Assembly: GCA_028712255.1 (NCBI GenBank)
Contig: JAQTQJ010000007.1
Span: forward strand, 10,425-74,424
DNA: 64,000 bases
Origin: Candidatus Omnitrophota bacterium
GTDB taxonomy: Bacteria; Omnitrophota; Gorgyraeia; Gygaellales; Profunditerraquicolaceae
Reading direction: 5' to 3'
A program made the position numbers and the translations under genes. This document shows, one piece after another, positions 19,364 through 29,251 of the stretch (position 1 is the first letter of the stretch; every line of letters starts with the position of its first letter). The notes beneath the pieces were generated by a model that did no database searches, had not been told where the DNA came from, and saw nothing but the letters and a program-made list of their open reading frames with translations.

Positions 19364-20403
19364 AGGTTCTTGTGACCGGAGACAGAGGATATATTGGGGG
19401 CGTTTTGGTAAAGATGCTATTGGAGAAAGGGCATAAGGTCAGTGGTTTTGATATTAATTACTATGAAGAAAATTTGCTGTATCCGTTGGATTACTCCTAT
19501 CCTTTTGTAACCAAGGATATTAGAGATGTTACCTTTGAGGATGTACAAGGTTTTGATGCAATAATCCATTTGGCTGGCCTTTCAAATGACCCATTAGGAG
19601 CATTGGATCCACGTCTTACCGAAGAGATTAATTATGAGGGGACTGTAAAACTGGCAACTTTAGCAAAAATGGCTAAGGTAAAGAGATTTATTTATTCATC
19701 ATCTCAGAGTATGTATGGAGTTTCTAATAATAAAGAAGAGTTGGATGAAGAGAATAGCGAAAAGAATCCTATTACTGTTTATGCCAAAACAAAATGGAAG
19801 GCGGAATTGAAATTAAGAGAGTTGGGAAATGATGAGTTTATAGTTGTGGCATTTCGTCCTTCGACGGTATTCGGAGTCAGCCCCAGATTACGATGCGATA
19901 TAGTTTATAATAATTTAGTTGGTTGTGCTTATACAACAGGTAAAATTGAAATCAAAAGCGATGGCACCCCTTGGAGGCCGGTAGTACATATCCGGGATGT
20001 TTCAAGTGCTTTTATTGCAGGATTGGAGGCGCCGCAGGAGCTAGTTGCCAATCAATCTTTTAACGTGGGTATCCCCAACGGTAATTTTACGGTAAGGGAT
20101 TTAGGGGAAGCTGCGCAGCAAGTAGTTAAGGGGAGTAAATTGATTTTTACCGGCGAACATGGAACAGATTCCAGGACTTATCGCGTAAGTTTTAAGAAGA
20201 TTCTGACGGTTTTAAAAGATTATTTCAAACCGGAATGGAATCTATTGCGCGGAGGCGAGGAATTAGTCAAGTTTTTTAAAGAGATAGATTTTAATGAAGA
20301 ATATTTCAGGGGAAGGATGACCAATCGATTAAAGCAGCTGGAATATTTACGCGGATCCGGCCAGATTAATTTAGAATTGCGTCGTGCTAAAGGAGAGCGA
20401 TGA
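19360..20403 (+). CDS. NAD-dependent epimerase/dehydratase
   Basis: 'VLVTGDRGYIGGVL' and YxxxK 'YAKTK'. Confidence 0.75.
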   Translation: MKVLVTGDRGYIGGVLVKMLLEKGHKVSGFDINYYEENLLYPLDYSYPFVTKDIRDVTFEDVQGFDAIIHLAGLSNDPLGALDPRLTEEINYEGTVKLATLAKMAKVKRFIYSSSQSMYGVSNNKEELDEENSEKNPITVYAKTKWKAELKLRELGNDEFIVVAFRPSTVFGVSPRLRCDIVYNNLVGCAYTTGKIEIKSDGTPWRPVVHIRDVSSAFIAGLEAPQELVANQSFNVGIPNGNFTVRDLGEAAQQVVKGSKLIFTGEHGTDSRTYRVSFKKILTVLKDYFKPEWNLLRGGEELVKFFKEIDFNEEYFRGRMTNRLKQLEYLRGSGQINLELRRAKGER

Positions 20404-21647
20404 ATAACTCGTTACATAAGACAATCGAAGTTTGCCGTATATGCGGCAGTAATAGGATAGAAACATTTCTTGAGCTTGGGTTGCAACCTCCGGCTAATAG
20501 CCTCAGGAATAATTTAGTTGAAAAGCTTCCGCTAATTCCGCTTTCTCTTTGCCGTTGCTCAGAATGTTCAACTGTGCAGTTGACTGAAACAGTTGAGCCA
20601 GAGCATCTTTTTAAACATTATGTTTGGGTCACAGGAACATCATCTACCGCTAAAAATTACGCTAATTTATTCTGCCAGGAGGCTTGCAAAAGGTTAAACA
20701 CTAAAAGCCCGTTTGTTGTTGAGGTTGCAAGCAATGACGGAACATTTTTAAAAGTATTTAAAGATAAAGGTTTTGAAGTCCTTGGGGTAGATCCTGCCGA
20801 AAATATAGTTAAGATGGCTAATGATAGCGGTATTCCTACAATTGCTGCATTTTTTGGCGAAAAAATTGCTAAGAAAATAGTCTCTGATAAGAGGAAAGCG
20901 GATTTTATTTTTGCGCGTAATGTTATTCCTCATGTTGCCAATGTGCATGATGTTGTTGCCGGCATGAAGCATTGTTTAGCTGCCGATGGAGTAGGAGTAA
21001 TTGAATTTCACTATGCTGGGGTTATTGTTGACGGGCTTCAATACGATTCGATTTACCACGAGCACCTTTTTTATTTTTCGTTAAAAAGTATGCAGTATTT
21101 ACTCAAGAAACATGGTTTGCAAGCTTTTGATTTGTTAGAAAGCCCGATTAGCGGCGGATCTTTAGCGCTTTATTTTTCTCATAAAGGCGCGAATAAGCCT
21201 ATTGAGCAAAGATTAAAGCAGAAAATTGATGCTGAAGAGAAGAGTGGGTTAAATAGCAAAGAAGTTTGGGATAAATTTTCTAAAGATTGCCAGAAGCATA
21301 AAAATAAATTTGTCGAACTCATTCTAAAGGAAAAATCAGAAAATAAGAGATTGGTTGGGTATGGCTCTTCTGCAAGGAGTTCTACTTTGCTTAACTATTG
21401 TAACATTAATAAAGAACATTTAATTTGTATAGCTGATCAGAATCCATTAAAACACAATAAGTATGCTGCCGGTTCCGATATACTCATTATTTCTCCCGAG
21501 GAGGCTTTTTCCAAAGGGCCTGATATAATTGTTTTACTGGCGTGGAATTTTAAAACAGAGATAATTTCACTTTTAAAAAATAAGTATCATTTTTGCGGAA
21601 AAGTAATTGCGCCGTTTCCCAATTGCCCGCAGATGCTACAACTTTAA
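20400..21647 (+). CDS. NDP-hexose/heptose C-methyltransferase (TylC3-type: Zn-binding N-domain plus C-methyltransferase domain)
   Basis: N-terminal 'CRICGSN...CRCSECS' zinc-binding domain followed by the SAM motif 'VVEVASNDGTFL'. Length of ~415 aa is typical of this family. Confidence 0.75.
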   Translation: MNNSLHKTIEVCRICGSNRIETFLELGLQPPANSLRNNLVEKLPLIPLSLCRCSECSTVQLTETVEPEHLFKHYVWVTGTSSTAKNYANLFCQEACKRLNTKSPFVVEVASNDGTFLKVFKDKGFEVLGVDPAENIVKMANDSGIPTIAAFFGEKIAKKIVSDKRKADFIFARNVIPHVANVHDVVAGMKHCLAADGVGVIEFHYAGVIVDGLQYDSIYHEHLFYFSLKSMQYLLKKHGLQAFDLLESPISGGSLALYFSHKGANKPIEQRLKQKIDAEEKSGLNSKEVWDKFSKDCQKHKNKFVELILKEKSENKRLVGYGSSARSSTLLNYCNINKEHLICIADQNPLKHNKYAAGSDILIISPEEAFSKGPDIIVLLAWNFKTEIISLLKNKYHFCGKVIAPFPNCPQMLQL

Positions 21648-21649
21648 AT

Positions 21650-22189
21650 ATGAAATTCTACGAACAAAAAATAAAAGGTGTTTGGATTATTGAGGCTGAG
21701 CCTTTTAAGGATAGCCGCGGGATGTTTTTTAGGCATTTCTGCCAGAAAGAATTTTTAAAAAACGGCTTAGAATCTAAGATCCTGCAGACTAATGTTTCCA
21801 AGAATAATCAAAAATATACTTTACGGGGCATGCATTATCAGCTCAAACCTTTTGGCGAGCACAAAACAATGTTATGCGTCTCTGGGGCCATTTATGACAT
21901 TATTGTTGATTTAAGGCCCGAATCGGAAACATTTTTAAAATGGATATCCGTTGAATTGAATTCTCAAGCTCCTTTGAGTTTGCATATTCCTGCCGGATGC
22001 GCTAATGGATATCTTACTTTAAAGGACGATACTACTATTCTTTATTATATGTCTGAATTTTATTCGCCAGATGCTTATCGTGGTTTCCGTTATAATGATA
22101 AGCTATTTGATTTTAAATGGCCTGCCGAACCGGCGATTATTTCGGACAAAGACCGTACTTATCCTGATTTTGATCCTAGGGGTTGCTGA
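21650..22189 (+). CDS. dTDP/GDP-sugar 3,5-epimerase (RmlC-like cupin)
   Basis: 'GVWIIEAEPFKDSRGMFF', 'LRGMHYQ' and 'YDIIVDLR' are RmlC-family hallmarks. ATG 21650 is chosen so as not to overlap the upstream gene. Confidence 0.8.
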   Translation: MKFYEQKIKGVWIIEAEPFKDSRGMFFRHFCQKEFLKNGLESKILQTNVSKNNQKYTLRGMHYQLKPFGEHKTMLCVSGAIYDIIVDLRPESETFLKWISVELNSQAPLSLHIPAGCANGYLTLKDDTTILYYMSEFYSPDAYRGFRYNDKLFDFKWPAEPAIISDKDRTYPDFDPRGC

Positions 22190-23409
22190 TGGATATCCCT
22201 AAACAAGCTGTAATTCTTTGCGGAGGATTGGGGGAGCGTTTGCGTCCTCTAACTGATTTAGTGCCTAAGCCAATGGTTCTGGTTAATGGCGCACCTTTTT
22301 TATGGTATCTTTTGGAGCAGCTTAAAGATAATGGTATTAAAGAAGTTATTTTGTTAACCGGGTATCGGGGAGAACAGATCTGTGAATATTTTAAAGACGG
22401 CAACCAGCTAGGGCTATCTATACGATATTCTCACGGGCCTGTAGAGTGGGAAACCGGGAGGCGCCTTTTTGAAGCCAAGGAGTTACTCGATGAACATTTT
22501 TTACTTTTATACAGCGATAATTTTTTACCTTTTAACTTAAAAAAAATCGTAAAGTTTTATAATGAACAGAAAAAGTTGTTGAGTTTTATTGTGCAACCTA
22601 AAGAGAAAGGCAATATCCGTATGGGTGAGGCAGGAGTTGTCCAGGTTTATGATAAAACTCGTTCTGCTGCAGGTTTGGGCTTTGTTGAATTAGGATATAT
22701 GATCGTAAACAAGAAAGTATTTGAATTTTATAGCGATAAAGATGTTAGTTTCTCTGATATAATCAACAAATTGGTTTCGGTGGGCCAAGTGGCTGGTTTT
22801 ACTGTTTTGGATACTTATTATAGTATTTCAGATGTACAACGCTTAAGGATGATGGAGAAATATCTCCAACCCAAGAAGATATTACTTATTGATAGAGATG
22901 GAGTGATCAATAAGAAGGCGCCAAGAGGTGAATATATTGGTTCTTGGGAAGATTTCTCTTTTATCCAAGAAAATATCGAAGGAATGAAAAAGCTGAGTCA
23001 GGCAGGTTTTTCATTTATCGTTATCTCCAATCAGGCCGGTATTGCTCGAGGTATGGTGACGGCTGAAGCTGTTGAATTTATTCATCAACGGATGAAAGAG
23101 GCATTGAATGGTGAAGGAATAAGTATTTTAGATATTTATCTTTGTCCGCACCATTGGGATGAAAAGTGTTTCTGTCGTAAACCTGAGCCGGGGCTTTTCT
23201 TTGAGGCTGCGCGTAAGTGGAGTTTCCGCTTGGATAAGGCATATTTTATAGGAGATGATCCCAGGGATTGTCAGGCGGCTTATCGAGCTGGTTGCGGATG
23301 TGTTTATACTGGCCAAAACGATGATTTAAAGGATTTAGGCTTTGAAGAAAAACCTGAATTTGTAGTTAAGAATTTAAACGAAGCAGTACCTTTTTTGGAG
23401 AAAATATGA
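22183..23409 (+). CDS. Bifunctional sugar-1-phosphate nucleotidyltransferase (HddC-like) / D,D-heptose 1,7-bisphosphate phosphatase (GmhB-like)
   Basis: N-terminal 'AVILCGGLGERLRPLT..PKPMV' NTP-transferase motif. C-terminal HAD 'LLIDRDGVINK', 'ISNQAGIARG' and GmhB Zn-site 'CPHHWDEKCFCRKPEPG'. Confidence 0.75.
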   Translation: MLMDIPKQAVILCGGLGERLRPLTDLVPKPMVLVNGAPFLWYLLEQLKDNGIKEVILLTGYRGEQICEYFKDGNQLGLSIRYSHGPVEWETGRRLFEAKELLDEHFLLLYSDNFLPFNLKKIVKFYNEQKKLLSFIVQPKEKGNIRMGEAGVVQVYDKTRSAAGLGFVELGYMIVNKKVFEFYSDKDVSFSDIINKLVSVGQVAGFTVLDTYYSISDVQRLRMMEKYLQPKKILLIDRDGVINKKAPRGEYIGSWEDFSFIQENIEGMKKLSQAGFSFIVISNQAGIARGMVTAEAVEFIHQRMKEALNGEGISILDIYLCPHHWDEKCFCRKPEPGLFFEAARKWSFRLDKAYFIGDDPRDCQAAYRAGCGCVYTGQNDDLKDLGFEEKPEFVVKNLNEAVPFLEKI

Positions 23410-24398
23410 TTATTTCAAGGACTCCTTTTCGGATTAGTTTTGCTGGAGGCGGGACCGATCTGCCGGAATTTTATTTAAAAGATGAAGGCCAGGTAATTTC
23501 TACCGGCATAGATAAGTATATTTACGTGGCGGTTAAACGCCAGACAGCTATCTCAGAATATAAATTCCGGATAAATTGGAGCAAGGTGGAGTTTAAAGAT
23601 AAGATTGAGGATATTGAGCATCCGATTGTCCGTGAAGCCTTAAAGATGATGGATATGGATATCCCGCTTGAAATTTCCACATTTGCGGATATTCCTGCAA
23701 ATACCGGATTGGGATCTTCTAGCTCTTTTGCTGTCGGATTATTACATGCGCTTTTTGCACTTAAAGGAAAAATGGTTACTAAAGGTGTGTTAGCTGGTAT
23801 GGCCTCGCATCTTGAAATCGATAAGTTAAAGCGCAAGATCGGTAAGCAGGATCATTATGCTGCTGCATATGGCAGCCTTAATATTTTTACTTTTCATACT
23901 GATGGAACTGTTTCTGTGGATCCGGTTTTTTACAAGCCTGAAATAAAAGAATCTTTGGAGAGCCATCTAATGCTGTTTTATACTGCCATAAAAAGAGATG
24001 CTCATAAAATTTTACGCGTTCAACACATGAAGACGCAAGAAAAACGCCATGTGCTTGCCGAGATGAAAAGTCTGGTGGCTCCCTTCGGGGAGTTGCTTTC
24101 TTCCGGAGCCAATCTACGGGAGTTTGGCCGCCTCCTGCATCGCGGTTGGTTGCTTAAGAAAAGCATTACGGATGAAATCTCATCTAAGGAAATCGACGGC
24201 TATTATGACCGCGCTATGGCAGCTGGAGCCCTTGGGGGAAAACTTTTAGGCGCAGGCGGGGGAGGATTTTTACTTTTCTTTGTCGAGCCGAAAAAGCAGA
24301 AAGCAGTGGCTGGTGCGCTTTCGAGCCTTTATCGCTTGCCGTTTAAATTTGAAAACGCAGGCACAAGGATTACTTATTATGACCAATCTCTGGTTTAG
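23406..24398 (+). CDS. GHMP-family sugar kinase (HddA-like D-glycero-D-manno-heptose 7-phosphate kinase)
   Basis: 'MIISRTPFRISFAGGGTD' N-terminus and GHMP ATP-binding motif 'PANTGLGSSSSFAVGLL'. Confidence 0.75.
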   Translation: MIISRTPFRISFAGGGTDLPEFYLKDEGQVISTGIDKYIYVAVKRQTAISEYKFRINWSKVEFKDKIEDIEHPIVREALKMMDMDIPLEISTFADIPANTGLGSSSSFAVGLLHALFALKGKMVTKGVLAGMASHLEIDKLKRKIGKQDHYAAAYGSLNIFTFHTDGTVSVDPVFYKPEIKESLESHLMLFYTAIKRDAHKILRVQHMKTQEKRHVLAEMKSLVAPFGELLSSGANLREFGRLLHRGWLLKKSITDEISSKEIDGYYDRAMAAGALGGKLLGAGGGGFLLFFVEPKKQKAVAGALSSLYRLPFKFENAGTRITYYDQSLV

Positions 24399-24432
24399 TT
24401 TATTAGTTGTTTGTGGATAAAGTATAAATTAT

Positions 24433-25536
24433 ATGAATTTTTCTAAATTAAAAATTGGTTATGTCCCTTTTGGTAAGCCGAAATTTCATCCTTTTGATTT
24501 AAGGAATTTTGTTTATTATGCGAATAAACGGAATATTAATTTTGAGATAGCGAATCCGAACGATGAATACGATGTTATCGTATTAACTCCCGGAGTTGAT
24601 GTGAGTGCTTGGAGCCGTTTTCCCAGAGGGCGTACGAAAATAATTTATATATCTGTTGATGCTTACCTGGCTGTACCGCGATTTGATCTTCGGGGTGCCT
24701 TAAGAGGGCTGGCTAAGTTTCTTGCGGGAGAACATAAATTTTTAAAACTTAATTATGTTAATGCCATTAAGGATATGTGTAAGAGGGCTGATGCTGTTAT
24801 CTGTGCGACTTTAGAACAGGAGAAAGATATCCAGATGTATTGCAAGAATACACATATTATTCTGGAGTTTCATCAGAATGTATTACGTGATGTTAAGACT
24901 GATTATGTTGCCAATGGTACGATCAATTTAGTTTGGGAAGGTAGGCCTGAAACTGTTAGAAGCTTAAAACAGATTAAGGAAGTTTTAGTTAAACTTAATA
25001 AGAAATATCCATTAATTTTGCATGTCATCACGGATCTTGAATATGGAAGATATATGAGTAAATTCAAGAGAATCTCAATTGTAGACGAGATAAAACAAAT
25101 TTTTGGGCACCGCTATTATGCTAATACTGTAAGCGGTAATAAATCTTTGGTTCATTTATATCAGTGGAACAGGGAATTGTTGTCTACTTTGATAACCGCT
25201 TGTGACATAGCCGTTATTCCTTTAAACGACACTGATGCTTTGATGCATGGAAAACCTGAAAATAAGTTAGTATTTTTCTGGAGAGCAGGTTTACCTACTG
25301 TTGTCTCAGCTGCACCGGCATATGTGCGCACAATGGAAAAGTGTAAATTACCGCTTTATTGTAGGAATGAAGAAGATTGGTATAAGAATCTGGAAAGATT
25401 AATTCTAGATCCGGAAACTAGAAAACTAGCTGGTATTCAGGGTAAAGAGATTGCGGATACATTATATAGTGAAGAGCAGTATCTGAAGCAGTGGGATAAA
25501 CTGTTTCAGAGTGTATTGGGAGATCGTTTATCATGA
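24433..25536 (+). CDS. Hypothetical protein (possible GT-B-fold glycosyltransferase)
   Basis: Clear ORF in cluster context. The weak C-terminal 'FFWRAGLPTVVSAAPAY' resembles a GT-B nucleotide-sugar-binding helix. No firm family assignment. Confidence 0.35.
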   Translation: MNFSKLKIGYVPFGKPKFHPFDLRNFVYYANKRNINFEIANPNDEYDVIVLTPGVDVSAWSRFPRGRTKIIYISVDAYLAVPRFDLRGALRGLAKFLAGEHKFLKLNYVNAIKDMCKRADAVICATLEQEKDIQMYCKNTHIILEFHQNVLRDVKTDYVANGTINLVWEGRPETVRSLKQIKEVLVKLNKKYPLILHVITDLEYGRYMSKFKRISIVDEIKQIFGHRYYANTVSGNKSLVHLYQWNRELLSTLITACDIAVIPLNDTDALMHGKPENKLVFFWRAGLPTVVSAAPAYVRTMEKCKLPLYCRNEEDWYKNLERLILDPETRKLAGIQGKEIADTLYSEEQYLKQWDKLFQSVLGDRLS

Positions 25537-26423
25537 AAATATTTATGACGGGTTGTGGTAGTTTTATCGGCAAAGAAGTTTTACGGCTTGCTAAAGTTAA
25601 GGGGATTCAGGTAACCGGAGTGGATTTAGTTGAGACAGGCCAGGATGGATGTTCGGTTGCGGATATTCGTTCTCCGAAAATAGCCGAAAAGATACCTTTA
25701 GATGTTGATGCTGTTATTCACCTTGCGGCTTTGTCTCGCGATGCAGATTGTCGGAATAAAGCTTATTCGTGTTTTGATGTCAATGTTATGGGAACACTAA
25801 ATCTAATTGAGGCGGCTCAGGGTAGAGGAGTAAAGCAGTTTATTTTTGCTTCGTCTGAATGGGTATATGACCGCTTTGAAGAGGGCATAGCTAAAAAAGA
25901 GGAGGATGTTATCGATATAGCTGGCCTTACTTCCGAATATGCCTTATCGAAATTAGTTAGCGAAGCAAATCTTCGCCAAAAATATCAGCGTGGATTTTGT
26001 CCGGTAACTATTTTAAGATTCGGTATTGTTTATGGGCCGCGTAAGGATAACTGGTCAGCGGTAGAGTCTATTTTTAATGCGGTTAGTACTCAAGATGAGG
26101 TAACTATTGGTTCTTTGAAAACCGGACGCCGCTTCGTTCATGTTTCCGATATTGCATTAGCGGTAATTGCCGCAATCGGATTAACCGGTTTTGAGATTAT
26201 TAATATTCAGGGGAGGCAGATGGTTACTCTCGGCGATATTATAGAAACTACTAAGTCGCTGCTTAATAAAAATCCAAAGGTAATCCAGCGTACTCCTGAA
26301 CAAATAAGCCTACGTACTGTTAGTGATGTTAAAGCCAAGCAATTGCTTAAGTGGCGTGCAGAAATTAGCTTGCAGGATGGGCTTAAATCAGTGTGTGATT
26401 TTTTAGGAACAAAGATTGCTTAA
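25533..26423 (+). CDS. NAD-dependent epimerase/dehydratase
   Basis: 'IFMTGCGSFIGKEV' and 'YALSK'. Confidence 0.7.
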   Translation: MKIFMTGCGSFIGKEVLRLAKVKGIQVTGVDLVETGQDGCSVADIRSPKIAEKIPLDVDAVIHLAALSRDADCRNKAYSCFDVNVMGTLNLIEAAQGRGVKQFIFASSEWVYDRFEEGIAKKEEDVIDIAGLTSEYALSKLVSEANLRQKYQRGFCPVTILRFGIVYGPRKDNWSAVESIFNAVSTQDEVTIGSLKTGRRFVHVSDIALAVIAAIGLTGFEIINIQGRQMVTLGDIIETTKSLLNKNPKVIQRTPEQISLRTVSDVKAKQLLKWRAEISLQDGLKSVCDFLGTKIA

Positions 26424-26439
26424 ACTAGAAAAGGTGAAA

Positions 26440-27366
26440 ATGGCTATTAAGCTTGATAAAAGGGTTGCTCAGGAAGTTTTACGTATCCGTTTTAGTCAAA
26501 TGATTGTTAATCAGGGCAATAAAGACAAGCAATTTAAATGTCCTGTGCATCTGGCATTTGGACATGAAGCTATAGCTGTAGCTGTTTCTGCCTGTATGAA
26601 GGATAAGGATGGTTTGTTATTGACGCACCGTAATATTCATTACAATTTGGCTAGAAGCAGGTCTCTGAAAAAAAAGATCGATGAATATCTTTGTAAAGAA
26701 ACCGGTGAAGCTAACGGACAATTGGGTTGTATGAATCTGTATAACGAAGATGCGGGAGTTTTATATACATCGAGTATTCTAGGCAATCAAATGGCTGTGG
26801 CAACAGGAGTGGCTTTAGGTAATCGTGTTAAAAAATCAAACGGAGTAGCAATTGTTGTTATCGGTGACGGGGCTATTGAGGAAGGAATATTCTATGAGAG
26901 CCTGGTCATGATGAAGACATATCGCCTTTCATCTTTGATCATTGTTGAGAATAACGGCTGGTCACTGGCGACTCAGATCCATGAGCGCCGCTGTGATATA
27001 AAACTTGATCTATACGCATCTGCTTTGGGTATACCTTACTATCGCCTGGAGGGCAATGATGTTTATGGGTATATCCGGTTATTGGAAGAGGCACGTTCAA
27101 AAGCCCTGACTGATGAGACCCCGATTATTGTGGAGGTTGCTTTACATACATTGGGAGATTGGGTTATGAAGACTGAAGAGCATTCGGCTGGTAAATATAT
27201 TAATTATCATGCCGGTGCGGCTCCTAACGTTGGGCTTATTGATTGGCCGGTTATCGAAGAAAGCGATTTTGATCCTGTACATGTTTTGAAAAAATACTTT
27301 GAATTTAGTTTTCTAAAAGAGTTGGCTGAGAAAGTCTTTAAGGGCCTACGTGAGGAATTAGCATGA
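26440..27366 (+). CDS. ThDP-dependent dehydrogenase E1 alpha subunit-like (second copy)
   Basis: 'CPVHLAFGHEAIAVAV', 'THRNIHYNL' and 'VIGDGAIEEGIFYESL' (ThDP motif). ATG 26440 has an RBS 'aaggtg'; the TTG at 26416 is an alternative start. Confidence 0.75.
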   Translation: MAIKLDKRVAQEVLRIRFSQMIVNQGNKDKQFKCPVHLAFGHEAIAVAVSACMKDKDGLLLTHRNIHYNLARSRSLKKKIDEYLCKETGEANGQLGCMNLYNEDAGVLYTSSILGNQMAVATGVALGNRVKKSNGVAIVVIGDGAIEEGIFYESLVMMKTYRLSSLIIVENNGWSLATQIHERRCDIKLDLYASALGIPYYRLEGNDVYGYIRLLEEARSKALTDETPIIVEVALHTLGDWVMKTEEHSAGKYINYHAGAAPNVGLIDWPVIEESDFDPVHVLKKYFEFSFLKELAEKVFKGLREELA

Positions 27367-28307
27367 ATTATATTACGCATATCAATGCTTTAATTAGATC
27401 AAGGGTTGCTGAAAAATCTCCTCTAGTAATGTTTGGACAAAATATCGCAGCGGGTAGCTGTATTAGTGGTTTGACAAAGGGGCTTAAAAGCGATGGTGGC
27501 CATTATGTCTTGAATACTCCGAATTGTGAAAACACTCTTGTGGGAATGGGGTTTGGATTGATGTTAAACGGAGTTTCTTCAATATTTTTCATGAAACAAC
27601 AGGATTTTTTATTACTGGGAATAGATCAACTCGTTAATACTTATAATATTATGCGTTGTCGTAAAATTGAGAGTTCATTTACGATTGTTAATGTAATCGT
27701 GGATAGCGGTTATGAAGGGCCACAATCTTCACTGAATAATTTCTATGATTTTTGTTCTATAGCCCGTATTCCAGGCTATGCTGTTTCCAATAAACATGAT
27801 TCTGAGGTTATCATAGAGAAGCATTTGATAGCTCCAGGATTTCGTATTATCGGTATTAGCCAACGGTTGTGCCGACAGGAGATTATACAAGTTGATGAAG
27901 AGGTTTCTTTTGATAAGAATGGGGAGATATTCCAGTATTCTGACGGTGGAGATCTTTCGGTGGTTTGTTTTAACTATGCGTTCCCTCAGGGCTTGGAGTT
28001 ATGCAATAATTTCAAGAAACATAATATAAATGCCTCTTTATTTTCTGTTAATGCCATACTCCCTGTGGATTGGAAGAAGATCCTGGATAATGTAAAGATG
28101 ACTGGTAAACTCGTAGTCCTTGATGATTCAAAAAGCGTAAATTCACCCGCGCAACATTTTGTTATTGCTGCCCAACAGGAAATTGTGCCGGGCAATGTAG
28201 TATATTTTTCTCGTAAGGATAAGGATTTAATCCTCGGTCCGAATGCCGATCAGTTTACTATTGATCATGGCGTTGTGATGTCAAAATTAGGATTTAATTC
28301 TAAATGA
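27363..28307 (+). CDS. ThDP-dependent dehydrogenase E1 beta subunit-like (second copy)
   Basis: Transketolase pyrimidine/C-terminal domain architecture. The start overlaps the upstream gene (ATGA). Confidence 0.7.
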   Translation: MNYITHINALIRSRVAEKSPLVMFGQNIAAGSCISGLTKGLKSDGGHYVLNTPNCENTLVGMGFGLMLNGVSSIFFMKQQDFLLLGIDQLVNTYNIMRCRKIESSFTIVNVIVDSGYEGPQSSLNNFYDFCSIARIPGYAVSNKHDSEVIIEKHLIAPGFRIIGISQRLCRQEIIQVDEEVSFDKNGEIFQYSDGGDLSVVCFNYAFPQGLELCNNFKKHNINASLFSVNAILPVDWKKILDNVKMTGKLVVLDDSKSVNSPAQHFVIAAQQEIVPGNVVYFSRKDKDLILGPNADQFTIDHGVVMSKLGFNSK

Positions 28308-29251
28308 GTTTAAAAAAGATTTGGTTAACAGGTTCCCGCGGATTCATCGGTAATGCAGTTGTTTCGTCTCTTAACAAATCCGAAGCAGAATTATTCTGTT
28401 TTACGAATAAGTCCTCAAAAGAAGAGAAGGCGCATTCGCAAGCAGTGCGTGTCTTGTGTATGGATTATCTGGATGCGCAGGATATCAAGGCGAAGGTTAA
28501 TTCTTATGGCCTACCGGATATTTTTATTCATTTAGGCTGGGGGGATATGACAAAACCCGATTCTTCTTTGCATTTGGGAGAGAATGTACAGGCAGGCAAA
28601 AATTTGATAGGTACGTTATTTAAGCTTGGTCTCAAGAAGTTCATATTTGTAGGCTCGATGAATGAGTATGGCGCGCGGATTGGTATGCTTTCTGAAGATA
28701 TGGCTCCGCAAGGCAGGCTTACAAACTATGCTAAAGGGAAAATAGAGGTGGCTAAATTTGGGTTTGAATACGCAAAGAAACTGGATAGGGTATTTATTCA
28801 CGTACGGCCGTTTTATGTGTATGGCGCAGGCCAACGGCAGGGTTCGTTGATCAATCAGTTGTATCAATCTTATTGCAAGGATACCAGTATTGATTTGAGC
28901 CCGTGTGAACACTATAGGGATTATATCCACGTGTCGGCTGTAGCAGAAGGGATACGCAGGGTTTGTGACGCAGAAGAATCCGTGACGGTTAATCTAGGTA
29001 GCGGCATGGCAGTAAAAGTCAAAGATTTCGTCCTTCTTTTTTGGAAACTGCTTGGTGGAGATATGAAAAAATTGAATTTTGGTGCCAGAAGTTTAGGTAG
29101 TAACGAACCTGAACAACCTAGAAGCTACGCTGATTTAAGCCGTTTAAAGAACCTCACGAATTGGGCTTCGATACTTTCGCTTGAAGAGGGGATTAAGATA
29201 ACAATTAAGGAATTAGAAAATAGTTCTTCTAATATGGTAAAAAGGCAATAA
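28304..29251 (+). CDS. NAD-dependent epimerase/dehydratase
   Basis: 'IWLTGSRGFIGNAV' and 'YAKGK'. Confidence 0.7.
   Translation: MSLKKIWLTGSRGFIGNAVVSSLNKSEAELFCFTNKSSKEEKAHSQAVRVLCMDYLDAQDIKAKVNSYGLPDIFIHLGWGDMTKPDSSLHLGENVQAGKNLIGTLFKLGLKKFIFVGSMNEYGARIGMLSEDMAPQGRLTNYAKGKIEVAKFGFEYAKKLDRVFIHVRPFYVYGAGQRQGSLINQLYQSYCKDTSIDLSPCEHYRDYIHVSAVAEGIRRVCDAEESVTVNLGSGMAVKVKDFVLLFWKLLGGDMKKLNFGARSLGSNEPEQPRSYADLSRLKNLTNWASILSLEEGIKITIKELENSSSNMVKRQ

Noticed and set aside
21593-21649. Longer start for the RmlC-like epimerase (21593).
   Set aside because: It would overlap the C-methyltransferase by 55 nt. RmlC homologs begin near 'MKFYEQKIKGVWI', and ATG 21650 gives the canonical ~180-aa length.
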